From positions 1 through 64,000 of the forward strand of contig JBKAGE010000040.1 in assembly GCA_046290225.1 (NCBI GenBank): a stretch of DNA of 64,000 nucleotides, written 5' to 3'. A model generated the notes under the pieces. That model was given only the letters and a program-made list of their open reading frames with translations, was not told the origin of the DNA and did not search any database. Of this stretch, positions 19,761-28,300 are shown piece by piece. Origin of the DNA: Bradymonadia bacterium (GTDB lineage Bacteria > Myxococcota_A > Bradymonadia > UBA7976 > UBA1532). Positions within the stretch are counted from its first letter, which is position 1. Every line of letters begins with the position of its first letter. The position numbers were made by a program, and so were the translations under genes.

Positions 19761-21272
19761 ATGCACACACCCTCGAAACGCCCTCGGTGGCCTCTCCACC
19801 GACGGGGCTGGCGATCTGCGTCGATGGCCTGTCTCGCCCTCGGTAGTCTGTTGGGGCTCGCGGCCTCCTCTGCTTCGGCCCAGGGCGCTCCAGATCCGCT
19901 GATGGCCTGGGCCCCCGCCCAGACCGAGGTGGCGGTGGTCTTCAGAGGTGCCGACGGCCCCGCTGATCTCGTGGAGTACATCAAGGGGCGCTTTGGCCAT
20001 GTGCCCCGAGTGGCTCAGGCGGCAGATCGGCTCATGGCCTGGAGCCCGGCGCCGGACATCGTGCCTCTGGCCCGTAAATGGGGCCCAGGTCTCGATCCGG
20101 GCAAGGGCGCCGCAGCTTTCATCTCGTTCGGACCCAAGATCCGGATCGTGATGGGGGTCACCGATCCCGACATCGCCCGGCAGACCGCGACGCGCTACCT
20201 CAAGCAGCTCGGCGCGCCGGCAGAGGTCACGGCGAACGGCGTACGCGTCGACAGAGGTCTCGAGTTCACGTGTGATCACGCCGATGGCATCATCGCTTGC
20301 GATACTGAGGGCAAACCCGCCAAGGGACCCACTCCGGAGTGGCTGAAAGCGGCGCCGATCCCCACCGACGGCGCCGCCCTGCTTTACGCCTCGGGCAAGC
20401 CCTTGCGTCGGATGTCCGACGGCGCGCCGCTGCAGTCGATCTGGGCGGGCGTGCACCGCAAGGCCGACCGCGTGTCGTTCACCTTCGAAGCGATCCCCGA
20501 GCCGTTCATCGTCAAGGCCCTCGAGAACTTCACCGGGCCGGAGGGTAACTCCCCGGTCATGGCGCTCATCGATCAGAGCACCCCCTTTGTGGCCCGGGTG
20601 GGCTTCGACAGCCCCACGGCGCTGGAGCGTGTGGAGAAGCTGACCGGCTCACCCCCACCGCCAGTGTCTGATTTGTGGGGGGCCCTCAAGGCCCACTGGA
20701 CCGGGGAGCTGGTGCTCGCCGCCGACGCCAGCCTGCTGCAGCCCGTGGCGCTCATGGGCCTGCGCGGTGGTCCTGAGGCCGGCGACGCCCTGATGAAGGC
20801 CATCATCAAGGTGATGATCGCCGAGAACCCGGAATTCTCGATCAAGACCGCTGATCATCCCCGAGGGGTGAAGGGGCTCCGGGCCCTGGTGCTCACCTTC
20901 GACGGTATGGACGACGATCGCACCGAAGTGGTCCTGCCCTGGGCCACGGTGCCCGTGAAAGAAGGCCATGCCCTGGTGCTCGGTGTGTCGCCTGCAGACA
21001 TCCAGCGCCGTCTCGACGGCGGGCTCAAGCCTTTGTCCATCGACGCGGCCTTCGCCAGCCGCGGCACGTATGGGTTCTTGTTTCCGGGGCTGCCGGGCAG
21101 CTGGGGCGGGTTCATGCTCTACGAGATGTTGAACACGACCTCTTCTGCAGGGCTGCTCCTCGATGGCCAGCTGATGCTGGGCGTGATGTCGGAGCTGATC
21201 GACGAGATCGGGCTCGAGATTCGACCGGGCCCGAAGACGATCCGGGCCGAGATGTGGTGGAGGTTCCTGTGA
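19761..21272 (+). CDS. Secreted hypothetical protein
   Basis: Signal peptide ending ASA-Q; GC3-biased codons; SD GGGAG; stop overlaps next start (GTGA). Confidence 0.75.
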   Translation: MHTPSKRPRWPLHRRGWRSASMACLALGSLLGLAASSASAQGAPDPLMAWAPAQTEVAVVFRGADGPADLVEYIKGRFGHVPRVAQAADRLMAWSPAPDIVPLARKWGPGLDPGKGAAAFISFGPKIRIVMGVTDPDIARQTATRYLKQLGAPAEVTANGVRVDRGLEFTCDHADGIIACDTEGKPAKGPTPEWLKAAPIPTDGAALLYASGKPLRRMSDGAPLQSIWAGVHRKADRVSFTFEAIPEPFIVKALENFTGPEGNSPVMALIDQSTPFVARVGFDSPTALERVEKLTGSPPPPVSDLWGALKAHWTGELVLAADASLLQPVALMGLRGGPEAGDALMKAIIKVMIAENPEFSIKTADHPRGVKGLRALVLTFDGMDDDRTEVVLPWATVPVKEGHALVLGVSPADIQRRLDGGLKPLSIDAAFASRGTYGFLFPGLPGSWGGFMLYEMLNTTSSAGLLLDGQLMLGVMSELIDEIGLEIRPGPKTIRAEMWWRFL

Positions 21273-21754
21273 TCAATTCGAAATCCACCGTCATCCTCGC
21301 GCTCTCTCTGGCCCTGGCGGCATGTCAGCAAGGCCAGCAGGGCGGGCCGACCGCCAAAGCACCCGAGGCAAAGCCGACCCCGGTCGACACGGCTGGCCAG
21401 ACCACCAAAGGGCCCAACCCAGCGGATGGCGCCGCAGCCAAAGCCCTCTTCGACAAGGCGGTCACGGCGCGTTTGATGGGCGACGAGGTGGCCCACCAGC
21501 AGCACATGGTGCGCCTCGCCGCCTTCTACCCGGAGACCCGCCACGGCCGTCAGGCCACGAACCGCATCGGCGGTGGAGTGGGCAGCATGCTCGCCGTCAC
21601 CGGGATCCTCGCTGCTGTCTCCGTCCCCGCCTTCGTACGCTACAACTCTGCCTCGAAGGCGGCCATCGAGTACCAGGCCACTGAAAAGGTGATGAAAGAG
21701 GCAGTCCCCGTGCCATACCCGCCGCCCCCGCCCGCCCCTGTGCCTGACGAATAA
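21269..21754 (+). CDS. Lipoprotein with internal type IV pilin-like helix
   Basis: Lipobox LAAC; MLAVTGILAAVSVPAFVRYNSASK; Pro-rich tail. Confidence 0.75.
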   Translation: MINSKSTVILALSLALAACQQGQQGGPTAKAPEAKPTPVDTAGQTTKGPNPADGAAAKALFDKAVTARLMGDEVAHQQHMVRLAAFYPETRHGRQATNRIGGGVGSMLAVTGILAAVSVPAFVRYNSASKAAIEYQATEKVMKEAVPVPYPPPPPAPVPDE

Positions 21755-21789
21755 GCGGCATCAGGCTCTAAGGGCGCGGCATCATTTCA

Positions 21790-23142
21790 ATGATGCGCTG
21801 CCTTCTGATCATCCTGTGTATGTTGCCATGCGCCTGCGGCGCCGCCCCTCGAGGCGACACACCGATGCCATGGCGATACACAGTACGCGTCGACAATGAG
21901 CACAACCGAATGCACGTACGCGCCTGCCTGCCCGGTGCAAAGGGCGCGCTGCTCCCTGGCGTAGAGGCAGGGTACGATCTCGTGCGCCCGCGACGGGCGA
22001 GGCCCATGCAGCTCGACCAGGGTGTGTGTGTGCGATACCAGCTCGACCTGGAAGCCCTCACCGCAGCCTCTGAGCCCTCGGGGCGCAATGCCGCCCTCGC
22101 CCCAGACCGGCTGCTCTGGCCCGGGCTCTGGCTCTGGCGCCCTGAAGAGGAGGCCCGACCACCTGAAGGCTCGACGGTGACATTCGACTTGCCTCCTGGC
22201 ACGTCGATCTCCACCGCCTGGCCTGCTGCAGGCGACGACACATTCCGCCTGCAGTCTTCAGCCCTGAGCTTTCGCAGCCGCATGGCGCTGGGCCCCTTGA
22301 AGCGCCGGATGAAGCTCGACGTTGCCGGAGGTACCATCGACGCGGTGTTCCTCGGTGGCGCCCCTACGGGACCCTTGGACGCGTGGCGAGACTGGATCAC
22401 CCGCGCGGCGCGGGGCACCGCGGCGCTGTACGGCGATCTGCCAGCACCTCATGTTCAGCTGCTGGTGGTGCTCGACGAAGGCTCGACGGTGCACTTCGGC
22501 ATGACCCAGAGAGGCGGAGGGCCCGGCATCGTGATGTTCGTGGGCCGCCATGTCCGCCCGTCGACGCTGAAGCGAGACTGGACCCTCACCCACGAGCTCT
22601 TTCACCTGGGTATGCCCCAAATCGCCCAGAACGACCTCTGGCTCTCCGAGGGGGTGACCACCTACAGCACGTTCGTCGCCATGGCCAGAGCGGGCACGCT
22701 CGACGCCGAGTCCGCCTGGGCCGAGCTCGCCGACGGCTTTCGCCGAGGGCAGCGGCAGGCTCGTGGGCTCAGCTTGCAGCATGAGGGCGAGCGTCTCCGG
22801 CGCACGGGCCGATATGCCCGGGTGTACTGGGGCGGCGCACTGTGGGCGCTGCGGGCCGATCTGGTGCTGAGGGCAAAGGGCAGCAGCCTGCCTCACCAGC
22901 TCATCAAGTGGCGTCAGCACCAACGACAGGACGATCGAGTGTGGTCTGCCCGCGCCCTCCTCGACACCAGCGCCCACTCAGCGGCGCTGCAGAGGCTGGT
23001 GCTTGAGCACGTCGACGCCTCGACTCAGCCAGGATCTGCAGGTCTGCTCGAGACTTTGGGTGTAGACGTAAACGATGCCGGAGAAGTGACGCTCACCCCT
23101 GCCTCAGGGGCGAAGATGCGTCGGGACATCATCCCAGAATGA
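21790..23142 (+). CDS. HEXXH metallopeptidase (M61/M1-like), probable lipoprotein
   Basis: THELFHLG followed by WLSEGVTTY; later YWGGALW; signal peptide with Cys. Confidence 0.8.
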   Translation: MMRCLLIILCMLPCACGAAPRGDTPMPWRYTVRVDNEHNRMHVRACLPGAKGALLPGVEAGYDLVRPRRARPMQLDQGVCVRYQLDLEALTAASEPSGRNAALAPDRLLWPGLWLWRPEEEARPPEGSTVTFDLPPGTSISTAWPAAGDDTFRLQSSALSFRSRMALGPLKRRMKLDVAGGTIDAVFLGGAPTGPLDAWRDWITRAARGTAALYGDLPAPHVQLLVVLDEGSTVHFGMTQRGGGPGIVMFVGRHVRPSTLKRDWTLTHELFHLGMPQIAQNDLWLSEGVTTYSTFVAMARAGTLDAESAWAELADGFRRGQRQARGLSLQHEGERLRRTGRYARVYWGGALWALRADLVLRAKGSSLPHQLIKWRQHQRQDDRVWSARALLDTSAHSAALQRLVLEHVDASTQPGSAGLLETLGVDVNDAGEVTLTPASGAKMRRDIIPE

Positions 23143-23845
23143 GGCCCAACTGGCTGGCCTCCTCAAGCACGGCGGTGACCTGCTCGAGGGGCTGCCCGCT
23201 GATTTGAGCCGCCGCTTCGGCTGAGAGACCCTCGTGTACCACCTTGAGGGCGAAGAGCAGCGGATCTCGCCCCCGGTGCCAGTGGGCCACACGACGGGGC
23301 AAAGACTGGAACGCCAGGACCAGGGTCTCGTCAGGCTCTGGCGACTCGGGCCGCTCGCCTGCCTGAAGCGCGCCGGCGAGGCTGGCGACGTCGTACGGGA
23401 ACGACAAGAGAGCCAGCGTGGGGTTGATGATGGGCCCGTCGAGGGTGTCGGGGTCCGGCAGAGGCGTGCCGTCGATGCTCACCTCGTAGAGCGCCCACTC
23501 GAACTCTGCCAGAGCCACGTGGGCCGGGGTCAGCCCCAAGCGGTCCTCGGCGCTCAGTGTGCTCACCAGAGCAGGCAGATGGACAGCGGCCTCGGGCAAT
23601 GTGGGATCTTTGGGTGGGTGCGCCAAGTAGTACAGCTCGAAGAGCTCGGACCAGCCATCCTCGCCCAACCAGGTGGCGAGCAAGGGAAACTCTGCCGAGA
23701 GCGCGGTGTGCACGTGCCGCCGCACGAAGCGTCGATAGATGGCCAGCCGAGCAGGGTGCACGCCGAGCAGCTCAGCCGCTTCGTCCACCGAGCGCTGCCC
23801 TCGGAGCACGTCGTGCATCACAGATTGGATCGATGACAGGCTCAT
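23129..23845 (-). CDS. DUF2063 (HvfC/BufC-like) MNIO partner protein
   Basis: RLAIYRRFVRRHVHTALSAEFP...LGEDGW...YYLAHPP; LAEFEWALYEV; NPTLALLSFPYDV; ATGA overlap with DUF692 gene. Confidence 0.88.
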   Translation of the reverse strand: MSLSSIQSVMHDVLRGQRSVDEAAELLGVHPARLAIYRRFVRRHVHTALSAEFPLLATWLGEDGWSELFELYYLAHPPKDPTLPEAAVHLPALVSTLSAEDRLGLTPAHVALAEFEWALYEVSIDGTPLPDPDTLDGPIINPTLALLSFPYDVASLAGALQAGERPESPEPDETLVLAFQSLPRRVAHWHRGRDPLLFALKVVHEGLSAEAAAQISGQPLEQVTAVLEEASQLGLILG

Positions 23846-24759
23846 CGGGCCTCCATCATCGGCAGAGCCTGACTGGTGGCCGCCTCACCCACAGCGCGGA
23901 TCTGACCCAGCTCTTCGAGCAAACGCTCGACGCCGGGGATCTCGGTGTCCCATTCGAGCAAGGTGGTCACAGGGCCGGTCTTCGACAGCACGTGTGCATA
24001 GAGCGCGAAGACCTCCTGCACGATGGGCTCCCCGTGGGTGTCGATGATGACGTCGCCGAGATCAGAATGTCCGGCCATGTGAATCTGCACCACCCGCTCC
24101 AGGGGCAGCGCGTCGATGAAGGCGTACGGATCCTGATTGTGGTTCCGGGCGTTGACGTAGACGTTGTTCACGTCGAGCAACAGCCCGCAGTCCGCCCGCT
24201 CGAGCATCTCGGCGATGAAGGCCCCTTCAGTGAGCTCGCTGGCGCCGTACTCGATGTAATACGAGGGGTTCTCCAGCAGAAAAGGGATCTCTCGACCCAG
24301 CGCCTCGGAGGCGGGCAGTGCCACCTCGCGCTTCACCTGCTCGATGCGCGTCACCACGTGATCGAGGGCCTCTCGGGTGAGAGGCACCGGGAGCAGCTCG
24401 TGATACTCCACGCCAAAGGCAGAGCTGAAACACAGGTGATCTGAGAACCAGTGTGCGCCGGAGCGCTCGACGAGGGCCCGGAGACGGCGCAGATAGTCCG
24501 TACTCAGGGGGCTCTCGCTGCCGATGCTCAGCGCAGTGCCATGGAGCACCAGGGGGTGGGCCCGGGCGCGCTCCAGAATCAGAGCCGGCTCGCCGCCGGG
24601 GGCCATGAAGTTCTCCGAGAGCAGCTCGAAGAAGCCCACCTCGTGGGCCAGGGGGGTGAGCCCCCCTCGGTCCGCACCGAAGAAATCCTGCCAGTGCTCT
24701 CTACGCAACCCGACCCCATAACCGAGATCGGGTACCTCGAACCGAGGGGATGTATACAT
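23842..24759 (-). CDS. DUF692 multinuclear non-heme iron oxidative enzyme (MNIO; HvfB/BufB/MbnB family)
   Basis: GVGLRREH, ELLSENF, LHGTALSIG, SDHLCF, LLENPSYY, LLDVNNVYVN, IHMAGH, IDTHG, LLEWD. Confidence 0.95.
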   Translation of the reverse strand: MYTSPRFEVPDLGYGVGLRREHWQDFFGADRGGLTPLAHEVGFFELLSENFMAPGGEPALILERARAHPLVLHGTALSIGSESPLSTDYLRRLRALVERSGAHWFSDHLCFSSAFGVEYHELLPVPLTREALDHVVTRIEQVKREVALPASEALGREIPFLLENPSYYIEYGASELTEGAFIAEMLERADCGLLLDVNNVYVNARNHNQDPYAFIDALPLERVVQIHMAGHSDLGDVIIDTHGEPIVQEVFALYAHVLSKTGPVTTLLEWDTEIPGVERLLEELGQIRAVGEAATSQALPMMEAR

Positions 24760-24768
24760 GCTCTACTC

Positions 24769-25164
24769 TCAGCTCTTGTCGCCGCTGCAGCCCTTCTCAC
24801 CACTGCAGCTCTTCTCACCAGAGGCCTTCTTGTGGCCAGAGCAGCCCTTTTCACCGCTGCAGCTCTTCTCACCGGCCGCTTCTTTGTGACCGCTGCAGCC
24901 CTTTTCGCCGCTGCAGCTCTTCTCGCCCGTGGCGGCCTTCTCGCCGTTGCAGCCCTTCTCACCGCTGCAACTCTTCTCACCCTTGGCCATGTCTTTGTGG
25001 CCCGAGCAGCCTTTGTCACCGCTGCAGCCCTTCTCGGCCTGCATCTGATTCTCCGCCTGGGGCGCAGCACCACCACAGGCGGTGAGACCACCGAGGGCGA
25101 GACCGCCGAGGGCGAGGCTCATGGTGACGGTACCGATCGACAGCTTACGGCTCTGAGTGCTCAT
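24769..25164 (-). CDS. MNIO RiPP precursor: lipoprotein signal plus ten (E/D)K(G/S)C(S/N)G repeats (131 aa)
   Basis: GGAGG SD before ATG 25164; hydrophobic signal ending LTAC; Cys/Lys/Gly repeats; ends 9 bp before DUF692 gene. Confidence 0.88.
   Translation of the reverse strand: MSTQSRKLSIGTVTMSLALGGLALGGLTACGGAAPQAENQMQAEKGCSGDKGCSGHKDMAKGEKSCSGEKGCNGEKAATGEKSCSGEKGCSGHKEAAGEKSCSGEKGCSGHKKASGEKSCSGEKGCSGDKS
24772..25040 (-). repeat. Coding about 54-bp tandem repeat (5 units, GEKSCSGEKGCSGHKxAx)
   Basis: Recurrent ccgctgcagc(t/c)cttctc units on the + strand. Confidence 0.9.
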
Positions 25165-25265
25165 ATGAAATGCCTCCAACATTAGATGTGTGTATTTGTA
25201 GACTGATCGACTGTCCGACTCGCCAATCAGTTGAAGCAAGAGCTTCATCAGGCTTCGCAGGGGTT

Positions 25266-25291
25266 TACGACACCTGTTGGAGGGGGTTACA
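25266..25291 (-). promoter_or_regulatory. Candidate ECF sigma promoter TGTAAC-N16-CGTA of MNIO operon
   Basis: Minus strand TGTAAC(25291-25286) cccctccaacaggtgt CGTA(25269-25266), preceded by an A-tract; about 100 nt upstream of precursor ATG. Confidence 0.6.
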
Positions 25292-25337
25292 GGATTTTTT
25301 AATTTGATGATTCCACTGCTGTGCAATGGCGGAATTG

Positions 25338-28300
25338 TTAGAAGCAGCCGAGCGTGCCCGAAACCGAGAACAGCGTCGATGGGTCGGGCGGGCTCGACGT
25401 CCAGACCAGGACGAAGCGCTCACCGTCCCAGCTGACCGCCGTGTGACGGATGTCTCCGGCGGCTGCGCCCGCTGCGATGGGCGCCGTCAGGGGGCTGCCG
25501 TCTCGAGCGAAGCCCTGCACCGTGGGGGCGTAGCGGCCCCCACCGAAATCTTCTGCTGAAGCCAGCACCAACATGCTCTGATCCAGCGCCCAGGCCGCCG
25601 AGATTTGCTCCAAGCCCCAGCTGAACGACGAGCGTGTCAGCAACACGTCTTCATTGAGACGCTCACCGCGTGTGTCCACCAGGGTCAGATAGACCAGGTA
25701 GGCGCCGGCCTCCCGATTGGCGTCGGCCCAGACGATGGCGAAGGCCTCGCCAGTCCAGAAGATGTCGATCACCGACGACGGGAAGAAGCTGTCGGTGAGC
25801 GCGATGTCGTCGATGAGGCGCTCCCCACTGGGATCGAGCAGCGTGAAGAACACCTCCAGGGTCTGGCGACGGCTGTCCTGCCATGCCACACCATACGCCT
25901 GCTCGTTGAAGGCCATCTTGGGCCCTGTCGATCTGCCGAAGCTGTCGGTCACCTGCTGGGCCCCTTCGAACTCACCACCAAAGTCGGTGTTGCCATAGAA
26001 GAGGTGACTGCCGACCTCGGGATCAGACTGGCTCCAGACCGCCCCTACCTGGCCATGCCAGCCCAAGTCGGCCCCCTGGCTGTCGAAGACGCGGCCGATG
26101 ACGCTCTGATCGTTCACCGGCTGACCCCCGCGATCCACCTGATGCAGATACACCTGCCAGCCACGGACCAGAGCGTCGTGGGCAATGGCGAAGCCCTGCT
26201 CGGCCCAGACGATGGCCGGCGCAGCCACGGTGAAGAAGCCTTGGGAGATCACCACCTCTTCGGTGACGGGGCGCCCATCTCGGTCGAGGCCCATATAGCG
26301 CACCTCGCTGCCCTCCTGGTTCGGGTCGAGGGCCAACCAGGCCAGGCCGTGTATCTCGTCGCCCCACGCCAGCCGCGGAGATGTGTCGTAGTCGGCGTTC
26401 CGCGTCAGCTGGAAGCGCTCGCCCAGCTGGGGCCCGGCGTCTTCGTCGGTGTTGCCGTCGCAATCTTCGTCCACCCCGTCACAGAGCAGATCGGCGCGTG
26501 CTGGATCACCGGGGGTGCAGCTGTCGACGATCTGACCCCCGCGGCACTCCAGCACGCCGAAGCGCCCGCACTGCCCCACGCCACAGCGTGTACGCAGGCC
26601 TTGGTAGTCTTCGTCCACTTGACCATCGCAGTCGTCGTCCACGCCATTACACGTGACGTCGTTGGGGGCAGGCTCGCCATCTCGGCAGGTGTTCACCTCC
26701 TGGCCATTCTGGCAGACCACCGCGCCCTCATTGGCGCACGCGCCCTGACCACAGCCCACCAGTTGTGCACGGTAGTCTTCGTCGGCGGCGCCATCACAGT
26801 CGTCGTCGATCCCATCACAGGTGCGATCGGCTGCGCTCGGCTCACCAGGGGCGCAAGAATTCACCAGCGCGCCGTCTTGACAGACGATGCGGCCCACCGC
26901 GGCGCAGGCCCCCACACCACATTGCACCACCTCGGGGACGAAGCCCTCGTCGATGTTGCCATCACAATCATCATCCACCCCATCACAGTCGTCGTCGGGC
27001 TGAGGCTGGCCTGGCGTGCAGCTGTCCTGCCGGCTGCCGTTGACGCAGATACGCTGCCCCACAGATTCACACTGGCCGACGCCACACTGCGTGCCCACAG
27101 CGGTGTAGGCCTCGTCGATGGCGCCATCGCAATCGTCATCCAGGCCATCACAGCTCTCGTCGTCACCGACGGGGGCCCCTGGCGTGCAGTCCTCCGTTTC
27201 CTGGCCATCGACACAGCGCAACGCCCCTGTGGCCGCGCACACGCCCACACCACACCGCAGCTCACGGGGGCGATACCGCTCGTCTACCTGGCCATCACAG
27301 TCGCTGTCGCGACCATCACACAGGGCATCGTCCTCGACGGGTTCACCGGCTGTACAGGTATCGCGGACCTCACCGTTGACGCACACCTCGGCGCCAGCGG
27401 CAGCGCACACGCCCACACCACAGGTGGTCCGAGCACCCACGAAGTCTTCATCGACGCGGCCGTCACAGTCATCGTCCACCCCATCACAGGTGGCATCGTC
27501 AGGGGCTGGCTCGTCCGCCCGGCACGTGTCGATGACCTCACCGGCGCGACATACAGTGATACCTGTGGCGGCGCAGGCTCCATCTCCGCAGGCCACCTGC
27601 CGGCTCACGTAGCCTTCGTCGACGAGTCCATCACAATCCGCGTCGACCCCATCACACAGGCGGTCGGGCCCCTCTGGTGCGCCAGGATCGCACCGCTCGA
27701 CCAGCTGCCCACCGTCACAGAGGCGCAGACCCGTAGCGGCGCAGACACCCAGCCCGCAGTTGATCTCGATCTCGGCCACATCTTCGTCGGCGCGGCCGTC
27801 GCAATCTTCGTCCAGCCCGTCACAGCGATCGTCAGATGGGGCCGGCCGGCCAGGCGTACACAGCTCTCGCTCGACACCGGCGACACAGGTCGTCACCCCT
27901 CGAGCGACGCAGATCCCCTCACCGCAGGTCACCGCTCGACGCACGTAGCCCTCGTCCACGAGGCCATCGCAGTCATCGTCTACACCATCACAATTCGTGT
28001 CGGCGTCAGGCGCCCCAGGCGTACAGCCATCGACGAGGCGCCCGCCCACGCACACGGCTTGCCCTTCTGCGGCACACGCTCCGGTGCCACACGCGGTGAC
28101 CGCCGGGCGGTGATCTTCGTCGGCGGCGCCATCACAATCTTCGTCCACCCCATCGCAGCGGGCGTCGATGGCGAGGGGCTCTCCGGCGACGCAGTTGTCG
28201 ACGGTCTGGCCATTGCGGCAGAACAGCACCCCTTGTGCACGGCACATGCCCACCCCACAGATGGTGGCCGTGATCTCGAAGTCCTCGTCGACGCGGCCAT

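Noticed and set aside
21790..23142. Metallopeptidase as RiPP leader peptidase
   Set aside because: Convergent orientation, and the precursor has its own signal-peptidase site; nothing beyond adjacency
24769..25326. 185-aa version of the precursor ORF from the track
   Set aside because: The extension runs through the AT-rich promoter region; SD and signal peptide support ATG 25164
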